DNA from: Dictyostelium discoideum
Lineage: Eukaryota
Length of the DNA: 64,000 nucleotides
Assembly: GCA_000004695.1 (NCBI GenBank)
Contig: CM000153.2
Coordinates: 5,280,001-5,344,000 of the forward strand
Direction: 5' to 3'
Shown here in pieces: positions 1 to 12,900 of this stretch (positions are counted from its first letter, which is position 1; each line of letters opens with the position of its first letter). A program made the position numbers and the translations under genes. The notes under the pieces are model-generated. The model was given only the letters and a program-made list of their open reading frames with translations, was not told the origin of the DNA and ran no database searches.

Positions 1-121
1 ACCAAGTTCATTATTAATTATTCAACTATCACCTAATCAATCACCATATTATGTTCAATCTTTTTGGGGAATTGATAATGGAAAGGATTTAATTGTAACA
101 GAGAATTATAATTGTTTAGAT

Positions 122-3100
122 ATGGTTAATAAATTTCAAAATAATAATAATAATCAATTTTTAGATATTAATTTAGTATCATTCTCTGAGCAAATATTAG
201 GTACACTATTAGTTTGTCCAAAAGAGAGTAAATTTAAATCTGTTCAATCTAATGATATTCTTGGTCAAAATAGTACTCCTACACAAACAACAGTTGCTTC
301 CAATACTTCAAATTCATTACCACCACTACCTTTATCACAGCAACAGCATCAACAAACACCACCATCACATCCATTACCACAACCACCATCACATTCTCAT
401 TTTCATTCTCATTCTCATTCAAATTCACATTTACAACCAAATTTACAATCATTATTGCAACAAAGTTCAACACTTTCTTTAATTGTACCAAGTCCATTAA
501 AATCACCAATTTCATTTAGACAACAACAACAGAATCAACAATTACCAATAAAATCACAAACTTTAATTTCAATTAAAAATGATAGTATTAACTTTCAAGA
601 AGATTTTGAAACTAAAAATAAAGAGAAAGAAAATAATATATTTTATAATTCACCTTTATTAAAATTACCACAGATGCAAAAACCAATACCAATAATATTT
701 CAAAAGTTTATTACAAATATTAATGCACAATTTCTAATGATTCAATGGCTTTCTAAATTAGATGAATTCAATCAAACTTATCAACAATTAGTTTCTAATA
801 TTAAACATTTAACAAATCCTCATCAATCTCCATCAATAAATCAAAATAATACCAATACTACCAATTCAACATTTACATCTCAAGAAGAAATAAAATTAGC
901 AAAATCATCATCCTTTTCATCAATGTCTTCAGTTTCATCATCGTCATCTTCTTCATTATCATATTCTTTATCTACACAAAGTGTATTTAATAATAATAAT
1001 AATAATAATGATGATCATTTTTATTTAAAACTTAACTTACCAATTAAAGTTAATAAAAAAATGGTAGAAGTAATTCAAAAAAGATTTCAATCTATTCAAG
1101 ATCAATTGAAAAAGAATAGTTCAACAACTTTTTCAGATTTATTTTATTCAGTTTTTCCAAATATTTATACAAACTATAGAGAATTGGTATTATGTAAAAA
1201 GAATTCACCAATGCCAATGATAACTATTACCTTTTCACCAGATTCTCAATCATCACCACCAAATTCAACACCATTAACAGCTCATATTAAATCATCAAGT
1301 TTTTCATCTAATATTAATGGTTATCCTATCACCACCAGCACTACTACCTCTGCCACCACCACTACCACACCAATTAATTCATCATCTTCAAATACAAATT
1401 CAACAGCAGCAGCAGCAGTAACAAAAACAACTAATTCACCAATATCATCAAATTATAATAGTAATTATCAATATAATAGAACTGATAGTAATAGAAGTAA
1501 TAGTAGTAATAATGGTATGACAAAATCTCATTCATCTTCATTTTCAACTGGTTCAAGATCAAATTCAAATTTAACTGAATTATTATTACCAAATCAAATT
1601 ATATCAACAATGGATATTGATAAATTTAAGATGGGAGAAATTGTATTTCAAAGTATTTTAGTAAACTTTCATTTAGATTCAAAGAAATTACCATTGAATG
1701 TTATATATAGTAAATTGGTCTTACTAGTATTAATTAAAGCAACACATTTCTCACAATCTAGATCGATTAAAGAAATGTATAGATTAATTTCAAAACATTT
1801 AAAAAATCAAAACCAAATTAATATATTCAATCAAAAGTTTAAACCAATCTTTAAACAACTTTCAAATGATAATCCACATCTTCAATTGAATTGGATATTG
1901 TTAATTGAAGAATGGTTTCCTGATGAATGGGAAAATCCAAAACAGTTATTCCCAAGATCAACAAATGAAATTAAAGGTTCATTCTTTGGTAAAAGATTAT
2001 TAACACCAGCAATTCATCAACATTTGTTTACACCAGATGGTCAATTTATTAAGCGTAATAAATATGGTAAAAAAGATGTATCTTGGTATCCTGAGAAAGA
2101 ACCAGTTTGGTATTTTAAAAAGTATCCTGAAATTGCAGGTTATGAATATGCAGCAACTGAACTAATGAGATCATTAGGTATTAAGAATTTACCATACTCT
2201 GAATTGATTTTATTCTATGATCCACAATTAAAAAAATCATATCCAGTATTATTAACTTTAGCTGTACAAGGTAAATGTATTTCTGATATTTGGTTATCAT
2301 CACAATCAAATATAACATCATCATCATCATCATCATCAACATCAACATCAACATCAATACCAAATTCTAGTCCAACAACAAATTTTAATTCACATTTAAG
2401 TGAAATTAATGAAAATTTATTAGATAAACATAATACTGGTTTATTGATAATTTCTTCATTACTTTTATCAGTTGAAGATGGTAAACCTGATAATTTCATA
2501 TTATCAGATAATGGTAAATATTTAACACCAATTGATAATGATCGTTGTTTTATAGCACCATCAACAGTTTGTGAAAAAGGATCATCATTCATCTATGTAT
2601 TAATGGAACAGAAAAAGAAATTAGTAATGAAATCAATATTATTTAATCTATCAATGATGAAAGAGAAAGTAGATGAATCAGTACAACGATTCTTTTTAGA
2701 TTTAGATTGTTTTGAATTCCTTAAAGAATGGTTAGAGAATTTAATCTATGTTCATGATAGATATTCAACTCTTTTACCAGAAGAAGAATTAAATTCACTC
2801 TATAATCAAAATAATTGTATAGTTCGTATATTTTTTACAACTCAAATGATTCATAATCTTTATAATACATTATTAAATATTCAATATCATTTTAAATATT
2901 CAATAACAAATAGTTATTTAGATTTAATTTCAAAATTATTTGATCCATTTGTTTTTAAACAATATCAATTATCATTTAATATTTGTAATAATAATAATAA
3001 TAATAATAATGATCAAAATCAAAATTATTTAAAATCTTCACCCACAATATTATCATTACAAGAAAGATATAAGTCAATGGTATTTTATAATAATGGTATT

Positions 3101-4497
3101 AATAATTTAAAACAAATTGTAAATATGTTAGGAATTACAAATCAAGAATTATTTGGTGAAGCAGTAAGAGTAAAGAATGAACCATCAACGGCTTTAGCAT
3201 ATTTAAAGAAAATGAATCAACGTAAACAAGATATTAAAAATACAAATCAAAAGATTTTAATGAATAGTTCACCAAATTCTAGTCCACCAAATCAAAGTCC
3301 ACCAAATTCAATTAGTAATTTATCAACTTGTTTAAATTTATCAATCCAACAACAAATAACCTTACCAAATCAATTACATCAACATCAATATCAACAACAA
3401 CAACTATATAAACAATTACAACAACAACCATCACCATCACCATCACCACAACAACAACAACAAAATGAAATGATTAATACAATTGATGTGTCACAATTTA
3501 ATAAAAAACAATGTGTAGAATTTGAAAAGAAATTTAAAAATGAATTTCCAAATGCAGAGAGTTTTTCAATTCATAATTCATTATTTACAGATTCTTATAT
3601 AAAGAAACTTAGTTTCTCTCATATTCAATTTTTAGATTTAAGAAATTCTGAAAAATTAACACGTGCATCACTTGGTTATCTTATAAAGATAACACCAGAA
3701 TTAATTTATTTAAATATTAGTGGTTGGAAATCATTGAAAAAGTTAATGTTTACAAGTAATTCAAATTTTGAAATGGGTTTAATTGATTTAAATCAATTGG
3801 TTACTCTAGAGGATGAAACTCAAATTCCACCTACAAAACTTAATAAATTGGTTGTCAATGATTGTTGTAATTTAGAGATTATCGATTTCTATTGTTCAAT
3901 GCCTCAATTAAAAACTTTAGATTGTTATAGAAATAATAAATTGGAAAAAGTTCGTTTAAATTATAATGTAAAATTAAATACTGATATTGATGATTCAAAA
4001 ATTTTAAAAAGACCTTTAAATTTTATAATTTTAGGTGATAAAAATGTTGGTAAAGTAAGTATAATAATTTTTAAAAAATAATAAAAAAAAAAAAAAAAAC
4101 TATATAAAACTAATTAATTAATTAAATAATTAAAAAAAATAGACATCAGTTATAAAATTATTTAAATATAAAAGTAGTATAAAATTAATGCTTCCAAATT
4201 TTTATGAATCAACTTTTGAAAATCCAATTCCAGTTGAAATTTTAAATATAATTGAATCAAAAATTAAATCAAATTGTTTCTGTGGATTTAATATTATTTT
4301 AGTTTATGATTGTTTTTCAGAAGAAAGTCTTGTTAAATGTAAAAAATGGTTATATAATTTTAAAAAGATTGTTGATCCATGTGATTATATTAGAATCACT
4401 TTAATTGGTAATAAATATGATTTATTATCAATTAAAGTTAATGATAATGATGTTAATGTAAGTTTTAAAAAAAAAAATATAAAAAAAAAAATATATG

Positions 4498-4529
<32 letters not shown>

Positions 4530-4733
4530 TAATTGTTTATTTTTATTTTTATTTTTAATTTTAATTTTTTTTTTTTTTTTTTTTTTTTTCTTTATTTATA
4601 GTCTTTTTCTAGGGAATTTAATATTAAAACATTTAAAATTTCAACAAAACAAAATAATTATGGTGAATTAAATATAATTGGAAATCATTTATTTGAACGT
4701 TGTAGTCAAGATTGTAGAATTATTAGCAAATAA
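122..4733 (+). CDS. Large multidomain protein, possibly 5'-partial: N-terminal Q/N/S-rich low complexity, atypical kinase-like region, leucine-rich repeats, C-terminal Ras/Roc-like small-GTPase domain. Exons join(122..4054,4143..4457,4602..4733).
   Basis: Long ORF 122..4081. The frame is open upstream to position 2, so the true start may lie outside the window. Region ~2030-2560 has kinase/APH-like motifs (DGKPDNFIL ... IDNDRCF). LRR-like repeats at ~3600-3990 (LDLRNSEKLTRASL.., LNISGWKSLKKL.., LVVNDCCNLEII.., LDCYRNNKLEKVRL). The P-loop GDKNVGK is interrupted by a gtaagt intron at 4055 (phase 0) and resumes after ag at 4141-4142 with TSVIKLFKY. G4 motif IGNKYDL lies in exon 2. A second gtaagt intron runs 4458..4601. 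Exon 3 carries a G5-like ISTK and ends with TAA at 4731-4733. The switch-II DxxG motif is not recognisable. Confidence 0.5.
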
Positions 4734-5068
4734 AAAATTTTATTTTTATTTAATTTATTTTTTGGAAATTAAAAAATAGTTTAAAAAAAAAAAAAAAAAA
4801 AAACAAAAAAATTAAAAATTAAAAATAGAATAAAAAAAATAATAAAAAAAAAAAACAGTAATCAAATTTTATGACATCACAAAAAAACGTTTTGTTCAAT
4901 TTTTTTTTTTTTTTCAATTTTAATTTTTTTATTTTTTTATTTTTTTTTATTTTTTTTTTTTTTTTTTTTTCTTAAAAGGATGAATATGAAAACGATAAAA
5001 ATAATTTATTATTTTCAAAATTCAAAAAAAATAAAAGAAAAGAGGTGTTTTCATTCATTAAAAAGAAA

Positions 5069-6454
5069 ATGAATTTTTCAAAATTATTATTTTCAATAAT
5101 AGTAGTTTTAACAGTTGTGGTACTATTATTTAATAATGAAAATATTTTAGTTGAAGCACAAGTTGGTAATCTTTGTATTAAATGTTTAGAATTTGGTGAA
5201 AGTTGTAATTCAAATGGTGCTTGTAGTAAAGATAGTGTTTGTACAAGCGATACTGAAAGATTTCAAGAAAATCCTGTTTGTTCAGAACCAAAAGAACTCG
5301 GTCAAGATTGTAAAAATGATGAACAATGTCGTTTGGGAACTAAATGTAAAAAAGAATTAAATAATGAATTTGGTTCTTGTTCTGATATTAAATTCGCACA
5401 GTATGTATAAAAATAATATAAAATAAATAATTGATTTTTAAAAGATTGATTTTAATAAAAAAAATTATATATATATAGAGTTGGAGAAAAATGTTCACAA
5501 GATTTTGATTGTTCAGGTAGACTTTTAAAATGTAAAGAAGGAATTTGTGTAAAACCAACTGGTGATTTACCATGTGGTGTAGAGAATCCATGTCCATTTG
5601 GTGAATACTGTCAATATTCAAGCAAAACTTGTAATAAACAATTAAAAGAAAATGATAATTGTTTACAATCAACTCAATGTCCAGTTGGTCATTTTTGTGA
5701 TGAAACCTCTAAAAAATGTAAAAAATCTTTCACTTTATTAGAAAATGATAAATGTGCTAGTTTTTCACATGATCAATGTAATACTGATCTTGATTTATAT
5801 GTATGTATAAAATAAAAATATATATATATATATACTTTCAATCCAATATAATAATTATAACAATTATAATCTAATATTTTTTAAATTATTATTATTATTA
5901 TTATTAGTGCGCAAAAGCAGGAATTTGTGAAAAACTTAATATTACATATCCAGGATTATGTTTAAGAATGGAGAATCATTGTTCACCATTTCATCAATGT
6001 TCATGTTCAGATTATAAATGTCATCCAACCAGAGAGTTTGGATCAAGTTTCGTAAAGACATATAAGGATTTCAATCAATGTATTGAGAAACATAAGTGTC
6101 AATTCACCTATAATAGATTTTCAAATAATTCATGTATCACCAAAAATTGTGGTCCACAATTTTGTAAATTCAATAGAGCACTCCAACCTGATAATCAATT
6201 GAATTGTGGTAAAGTTGCCATTACCAATTATTGTCAAACCGTTAACCATCTCTTCCCACCAATTAAATCAAAAATCTTTTTAAATCATTCAAAAGAAGAT
6301 TTATTCTTTTTTGCAACTTCTATTCCTTTCTTAATTTTATTCTTTTCAGTTTATGTTGAAATTAAATTAGCAAGAAAAGAAAGATTAGATTTAATTCATA
6401 GTCATAGAGATATTTCTTATGATTCTGACGAGGATCATAATAATTTTAATAATC

Positions 6455-6488
<34 letters not shown>

Positions 6489-6549
6489 AAATAATGATGA
6501 ATTCGACGATTATATTGAAGATGATATTGATGAAAATAAAAGAGAATAA
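5069..6549 (+). CDS. Secreted/type-I membrane protein with repeated 6-Cys modules, one C-terminal TM helix and an acidic tail. Exons join(5069..5400,5479..5800,5908..6549).
   Basis: ATG at 5069 followed by a hydrophobic signal peptide (MNFSKLLFSIIVVLTVVVLLF). Repeated Cx5-6Cx4-6C cysteine motifs span three exons joined by gtatgt...ag introns with consistent phases (2, 0). TM segment ATSIPFLILFFSVYV is followed by a D/E/N-rich tail. The track ORF start at 5045 is a GTG. Confidence 0.5.
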
Positions 6550-6828
6550 TAAAATAATTTAAATAGTTTTTTAAACAACAAATAAATATTTATTTTATTT
6601 TAATTTATTTAATTTATATTTATATTCATTTATAGTAATAGATAATTATTATAAATTTATAATATACCTTTTCATTAGTTTGTTTTAATAATTTAGATCT
6701 ACAAATAAAAAGTTTTTATTATTTTTTTGTTTTTATATATTATTTTTTTTTTTTTTTTTTGTTTTGGAAAAAAAAAAAAATATATTTATATAAATTGGAG
6801 AATTAAAAAAAAAGTAATATTATTAAAA

Positions 6829-7258
6829 ATGAAAATATTTTTTATAATTTTAATTTTAATTTCTAGTTTTTTAATTTTAAATTGTAAAGGTCAGGGATGT
6901 ACTCAATTCCTTTCACAATTTAAGGATCCAAAGAAATGTATTCAAATTTCAATTGCTGGTGTTAATAGCCAATCAATGTCACAAGAGGGATATAAAGGAA
7001 ATTTAATTTTTAAGAATGGATTATTAGTTAATAATGGTTCTATCATTAATTTACAAACATATGAAACAACTTGTACATCTTATCGTAAATTAGTACAACC
7101 ATTCTTTGCTGATCAATTCCAAATTAATGATTTTTCAATTTCATTTGATGGAAATATTAAATTTGGTGGAGTTTCTAGAAAATTATCTTGTTTATATTCA
7201 TCTGAAGGTTTTGCATCTTTTAAATCAAGTTATTACCTTTATTCACTTACTGTTTGTA

Positions 7259-7309
<51 letters not shown>

Positions 7310-7431
7310 TTTTTTCTATTTATAGATTCATACTAATTATTTTTTTTTTTTTTGTTTTTATTATTTCTTTAAAGATGCGTTCGTATGATAGTTGCCCACC
7401 ACTATATTATGGTGAACCATGTAGACAATAA
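6829..7431 (+). CDS. Small predicted secreted protein of unknown function; a possible intron spans the T/A homopolymer block ~7249-7374.
   Basis: ATG 6829 with signal-like MKIFFIILILISSFLILNCKG. Continuous ORF to 7431. The internal poly-T/poly-A segment looks intronic (gtttgt...ttaaag). Confidence 0.3.
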
Positions 7432-7582
7432 AATTAAATAATTTTGGTCAAAACGTTTTTTTTTTTTTTTTTTTTGTTTAAATTTGGTATTATTTTATTT
7501 AGTTTTATTATTACTTTTATTTTACATACACCAATCTCCAAAATTGGCGTTGTTATTTTAAAATTTTAATAATTTTTATTAC

Positions 7583-7645
<63 letters not shown>

Positions 7646-7658
7646 AATAAAATTTATA

Positions 7659-8609
7659 TTATTTATCTTTTTCGAGTATACAAGTTTTAACTTCCAACAT
7701 AAAGTTTACAAGTTGAAATTCTAATTCTGATACTCTTCCTGATAAGGTTTCAATGATTTGATCCTTTTCTTCCAATTTTGAATTTATAATTTTATTTTCA
7801 ATCTCTAAAGATTTAATTCTACTCTCTAATCTTGATTGATCAATTGTTGTCGTTGTTAAACCGTTAATAATGTTATTGTTTGTATTTTTTGTATGAGATG
7901 AAGTTGTTAATTTTCCTATTGCTGTTGCTGTTGCTGTTGTTGTTGTAATATTATTATTTAAATCATTTGTTGTTAATAATGGTTGTTTACTTGGAGTTAA
8001 AGGTTTATTTGTTAATGATTTAATTGGTGTTGAAGGTTTATTATTTAATACAGGATTAGTTGTTCTAGTTGGTGTGGCTGGTCTATTTTGTAAAGTATGT
8101 GGAGGTGTTATTGTATTTGTTTGATTAACACCATTATTATTAGTTGCCAATTTTTTTATTGGCGGTTGTTGAGTATTTATTGATGATGATGATTGTACTA
8201 CTACTGATGGTTGTGATGTTGATGAGAATCTTTTTCTTAATGGTGAATTTGGTAATTGTGAAAGTGATTTAATTGGTGAATTTGATACATTTGTTAATTT
8301 TGTTAAATATTGTTGATGTTGTTGTGATATCTTTGGTGGTTGTTGTTGTTGTTGTTGTTGTAGTTGAAATTGTTGTTGTTGTTGTTGTTGTGGCACCATA
8401 GATGTTGGAACCTTTCTTGTATTGTATTGATGAGTTTGTTGATTTTGAATTGATGGTGGTAAATCTTTTTTAATTTTATTAATACCACCACCATTACCTA
8501 TATTATCAAGATTTGGTTGCTGTACTAGTTGTTTTGGTGGCGCTGAATCATTTGGAATTTTACTTTTTGGACTTGTTGGTGATTTTGAAAATTTAAATGT
8601 TCCTGGTTT

Positions 8610-8658
<49 letters not shown>

Positions 8659-8891
8659 TTAATATATGATTTATTTCTTTTTTTTTTTTATTTAAAATGT
8701 TATTTACCTTTTGGAGGAGATAAACAAAGGCTAAATCTCTCTTTTTCAAATAATGCTGAATCTCTAATCGTATTTAAATCGAAAATACTAGCTTTAATAT
8801 CATATCTTTCTTTTGGTTTGACATTCATTAAACTTTCATATCCATTCCAATCATCCTCAACTTGTGGTAATGATCTTTTTTTACTTGCCAT
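7659..8891 (-). CDS. Q/N/T-rich protein with C-terminal coiled coil, unknown function. Exons join(complement(8708..8891),complement(7659..8611)).
   Basis: Exon 1 (MASKKRSLPQVEDDWNGYESL...) ends at donor G|GTAAAT. Acceptor ttttag lies before 8611. Phase-1 junction is in frame with ORF 7659..8399. The C-terminal heptad-like segment (RLESRIKSLEIENKIINSKLEEKDQIIETLSGRVSELEFQL) indicates coiled coil. Confidence 0.45.
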
Positions 8892-9011
8892 TTCTTGTTT
8901 ATTTTTATTTATTTATTAAATATTTAAAGAAAGATAAATAAAAAAATAACAAAAAAAAAAAAAAAAAAAACAAAATTGAAAATGGGATTGGATTTTTTTT
9001 TTTTTATAATT

Positions 9012-9042
<31 letters not shown>

Positions 9043-9081
9043 GCGCAATTTTTGAAAATAATTTATTGTGATATTTTTAAT

Positions 9082-9474
9082 TTATTGTTGTAATTTAGAA
9101 TTTGATTTTTGTAAAAATCTTTCTTTATTTAAAACAAATCTTTCATGAGTACCTTCACCAATTAATTCTTTATCATCATAAGCTAAAATTTTGAAAGAAA
9201 TCTTTTTATTATCTGATGAGATTGAAGTTATTTCGGCTGTTGCTCTAACATTTAATGATAATGGAGTAGCTGCTAAATGTTTAATTGAAATAGATGTACC
9301 AACTGAAGTTTGTCCTTCTCCCAATTTTCCCTTTAAACATTGAACTGAAGCCCCTTCCATTAAGGCAACCATTGATGGTGTTGAATAAACTTCTACGTCA
9401 CCACTACCTACATTGGTTGCTAATAATGATTCTGTAACTTTGGTTGTAATTTCACCTTTATCTCCAATATTCAT
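9082..9474 (-). CDS. Hotdog-fold acyl-CoA thioesterase (4HBT/fluoroacetyl-CoA-thioesterase-like)
   Basis: 130-aa single-exon ORF with the family signature ...GTSISIKHLAATPLSLNVRATAEI...LIGEGTHERFVLNKERF. The size is typical of single-domain hotdog thioesterases. Confidence 0.6.
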   Translation of the reverse strand: MNIGDKGEITTKVTESLLATNVGSGDVEVYSTPSMVALMEGASVQCLKGKLGEGQTSVGTSISIKHLAATPLSLNVRATAEITSISSDNKKISFKILAYDDKELIGEGTHERFVLNKERFLQKSNSKLQQ

Positions 9475-9969
9475 TCTTATTATTACTATTTTTATTATTA
9501 TTATTATTTATTTGTACAAATCTAATTTAATAATTATTTAAAAAAAAAAAAAAAAATTAAAAATTAAAAAAAAAATTCTGAAAAAATTGGAAAAAAAAAA
9601 AATTAAAAAAAAATAAAATAAAAAAATAAAAAATAAAAAAAAGGAAAAGATATTTAGAAATGTATTGTTTCAATAAATTTATTGGTTTGTATTTATTAAT
9701 TAAAACATCATTTTTAGAAATTTTTTTCTTTTTTTTTTTTATTTAAAAATTAAAATTTCTTTGAAAAAAAAAAAAAATTAAAAAAAAAATAAAAATAAAA
9801 AAAAAAAATTAAAAAAAAAAAAAAAAAATAGAAAAAATTAAAAAAAAAAATATTTCCCAAATTTAAACAAACCTTATATACCTTTCAAATAAATAAAATA
9901 AAAAAAACTTCATAGTTGTACGATTACTCCCTTTTATATATAAATTTCTCAATACATATTATTATAATT

Positions 9970-10919
9970 ATGAGTTCGTATAATGGTAAAACTATTCAAC
10001 AATCATTAGATGATAATGGTATTGTTTTATTTAGGAAAAACGAATTAAATAACAATAATAATAATAATAATTTAAACAATAATAATAATAATAATAATAA
10101 TAATAATTTAAATAATAAAATAAATCTACCTGCATTTGGTAAAAAGAAGTTCAGTGAAGAAGAAGCAAAAAGGATTCAAGAACTTCTAAGTAAGGATGTT
10201 GATTCTAGTGTTTTAAAGGTTAGGGAAGTTCCCGGTGGTTGTATGTATATATATATTATTTATTTATTTTTTATTATTATAATAACTGTTCTAGCCAATA
10301 ATTATAATAATAACTAATTATAATAATAATAACCAATAATAAAGCAAAATCAGCATATTTAGAAAAAGATGAAGCAATTAAATTAGCAAATGAATTATTT
10401 GGAGATGAAGGATGGTCATTAAAGATAATATCAATGTCACAAGATCAAATAGATGTTAGTCAATTTGTTTATACAGCACATGTTAGAATAATATTAAAGG
10501 ATGGTTCATACAGAGAGAATGTTGGTTGTGGTAATACAAGAAACATTAACGGTATTGCCAATGCAAAGAAAACCGCAATTTCTGATGGTCTAAAACGTTG
10601 TCTCAAACTTTATGGCAATGGTTTAGGTAATAGTTTATCAGGTAATAAATTCAATAAAAGTATTGTTAATTATAATAACAATAACAATAATCGTATCATT
10701 AAAAATGAAAATAATAATAGAGCTCAACAACAACTACAATTACCACCAGCAGTATTAACAGCAACAACTACAACAACAACATCTGTAACACTTAATATAC
10801 CACAAAGTAAAATCGAAAATAATAATAATAATAATAATAATAACAATGGGTTATCAACACCCGAAGCAACTGTACCATATCAATATAATCACCAAAATGT
10901 AAATAATAATAATAATTTA

Positions 10920-10963
<44 letters not shown>

Positions 10964-11240
10964 GAGTAATAATATTGGACTTTCACCACCTAAACCACCT
11001 GGTGTTACATTTCATCCTTATGGTAATAAACCATTAAATATTAGTCCTTCTCATGTAAATAAACAACCAATAATTAGTGTTCCTCAAAAAGTGAATGTAT
11101 CAAATTCTTTTCATCCTCCTCTTCAACAACAACAGCAACAACAACAACATTCACAACAACATTCTCAACAACAAATGGAGGATATAGAAATACAAGAGTT
11201 TTCATTAGAAATGGATAGTGCCTTAGTTGATGTCCAATAA
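9970..11240 (+). CDS. rad52: Rad52/Rad22 family DNA repair/recombination protein. Exons join(9970..10240,10345..11240).
   Basis: Conserved Rad52 N-terminal domain is split by a phase-1 gtatgt intron. The sequence reads ...LLSKDVDSSVLKVREVPGG / SKSAYLEKDEAIKLANELFGDEGWSLKIISMSQDQIDVSQFVYTAHVRIILKDGSYRENVGCGNTRNINGIANAKKTAISDGLKRCLKLYGNGLGNSL. The C-terminus is long and N/Q-rich. The track ORF start at 9916 is TTG; the first ATG is 9970. Confidence 0.75.
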
Positions 11241-11518
11241 ATTAATTAATTAATAATATCAAATATACATACATATATATAATAAAATATAATAAATAAA
11301 TAATACAGTGTGTTTTACTGTTTTTTTTTTTTTTTAGGTAATTTTTTTTTTTCTTGTTTATTTTTTTTTTCTTTGAATTTTGCTTGGAGTATTTTTTTTT
11401 ATATTTTTTTTTTTTTCTTTTTTCATTTTTTTATTTTTTTTTTTTTTAATATTCTATTTATATAATATATAATATATAATATTTATAAAGTTTAAAATTA
11501 ATTAAAAATATAAAAATA

Positions 11519-12169
11519 ATGGGAATAGAAATTGAAAGATTCTTTGGAGGTGTAATTGATTCAAATGAAAATAATATTAGATTTGAAACAGCAGATATTG
11601 TTTTACTTTCAGGACCAACATTATGTGGTAAAACATCATTACTTTTTCAATATGGATATACCTATGCAAAACAAGGTTATAATGTTTTATTTATATGTAA
11701 TAAAAAAAAGTTTCAACAAAGCTTACCTTTCTTGCCTATAGGTTTCATTAAAGATGATTTTATTTTAAAAAAATTAAAAATAAAGTAAGTATATATATAT
11801 ATTCATTTATTAATAATAAATAATAATATTTACATATTACACAAATTACACAAAAAATGTTATTAACATTTATATAATTTTTAAAAATAATTAAATAAAT
11901 AAAGGTATATTGAAAATGATGTAGAATTAAGGAATTATTTATTTGAATTTCCAAGTTTATCATATTTACCAGATTTAATATTAATAGATGATATATCATT
12001 TTATTTTATCTCTTCAATGTATGAAAGAAATGTTACACTTGGTAAAACATTTGCTTTCATAAAAGAAACTGTACAATATATAAAAAATCAAAAACTTATA
12101 AAATATAATCAACAAAATAATAACAATCAAGATCAAAATCAAAATCAAGATCAAGATCATCAGAATTTA

Positions 12170-12204
<35 letters not shown>

Positions 12205-12739
12205 TATGGATTGTATTGTAATAGTATCAGATATAAGTGTAATGAATAATGATAGTTCGAATACTTCTACTACTACTACTACTGCTACTGCTGCTGATCA
12301 ATCACAATCACATCCAATACAGCAGGTTCAAAAAATACAAGTTGGAAATGTACCAACATTCATCTCACCAAATCATCCAAAATTTCTTTTTATTCTCCAA
12401 AGATGGACTAGTTTAGTTATTACTATCAATGAAATTTTATCTATTAATGATCCACCACCATCAACTCTTCCTCAACAACCTGCAAATACTCCACAACAAC
12501 AACAACCATATCAACAACACTATCAACATCAACAACCCTCTCATAAAAAATATATACTATCAATTTTAAAATATAAAGATGCAAATAATCCTAATTTCCT
12601 TAAAGATTATACATTTTGTTATAATGTCAAATATCAAGGTCAAAATCATCAAAATAATTCATTTTCATTGGATTCTATTCAAATTCCTAAACAAACAACA
12701 ATTGCAACTGATGACAACGAAAGTACCCAACCTTTATGA
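11519..12739 (+). CDS. RecA/Rad51-paralog-like P-loop NTPase (XRCC2/Rad51-paralog or KaiC/Elp6-like fold). Exons join(11519..11784,11905..12739).
   Basis: Walker A GPTLCGKTSLLFQYGYTYAKQGYNVLFI. The phase-2 gtaagt intron acceptor is aaag at 11901-11904. A Walker-B-like hydrophobic strand ends in DD (LILIDDISFYF). The C-terminus is low complexity. Confidence 0.4.
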
Positions 12740-12854
12740 AAATATGAAAAAAAAATAAAATAAAAAAAATAAAAAAAATAAAAATTCAAAAACAGAATTA
12801 TTACCTTCTATTTATCCATACTAAATTCATATTAAAATTTAATTTACAAAAAAT

Positions 12855-12900
<46 letters not shown>

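Noticed and set aside
252-515. ORFs 252..482 (+) and 279..515 (-) inside the first gene
   Set aside because: These are alternative-frame readings of the CAT/CAC/AAC low-complexity tract (polyHis/polyVal artefacts) within the true frame-2 coding sequence.
2181-2592. Minus-strand ORFs 2181..2363 and 2215..2592
   Set aside because: They are antisense to a well-supported coding region and driven by a (tca)n/(gat)n repeat. No independent features.
4188-4532. Track ORF 4188..4532 as a stand-alone 114-aa gene
   Set aside because: It is exon 2 of the upstream gene (acceptor at 4141-4142). Its C-terminal K-rich tail is read-through into a poly-A intron.
7576-7643. (ATT)n microsatellite downstream of the 6829..7431 gene as a functional element
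   Set aside because: Simple trinucleotide repeat in intergenic DNA, common in this genome. No evidence of function.
8303-8494. ORF 8303..8494 (-) polyN
   Set aside because: Alternative frame over the (caa)n/(aac)n tract of the 7659..8611 exon.
10792-10989. ORF 10792..10989 (-) polyTyr
   Set aside because: Antisense reading of the (aat)n polyAsn tracts in the rad52 C-terminus.
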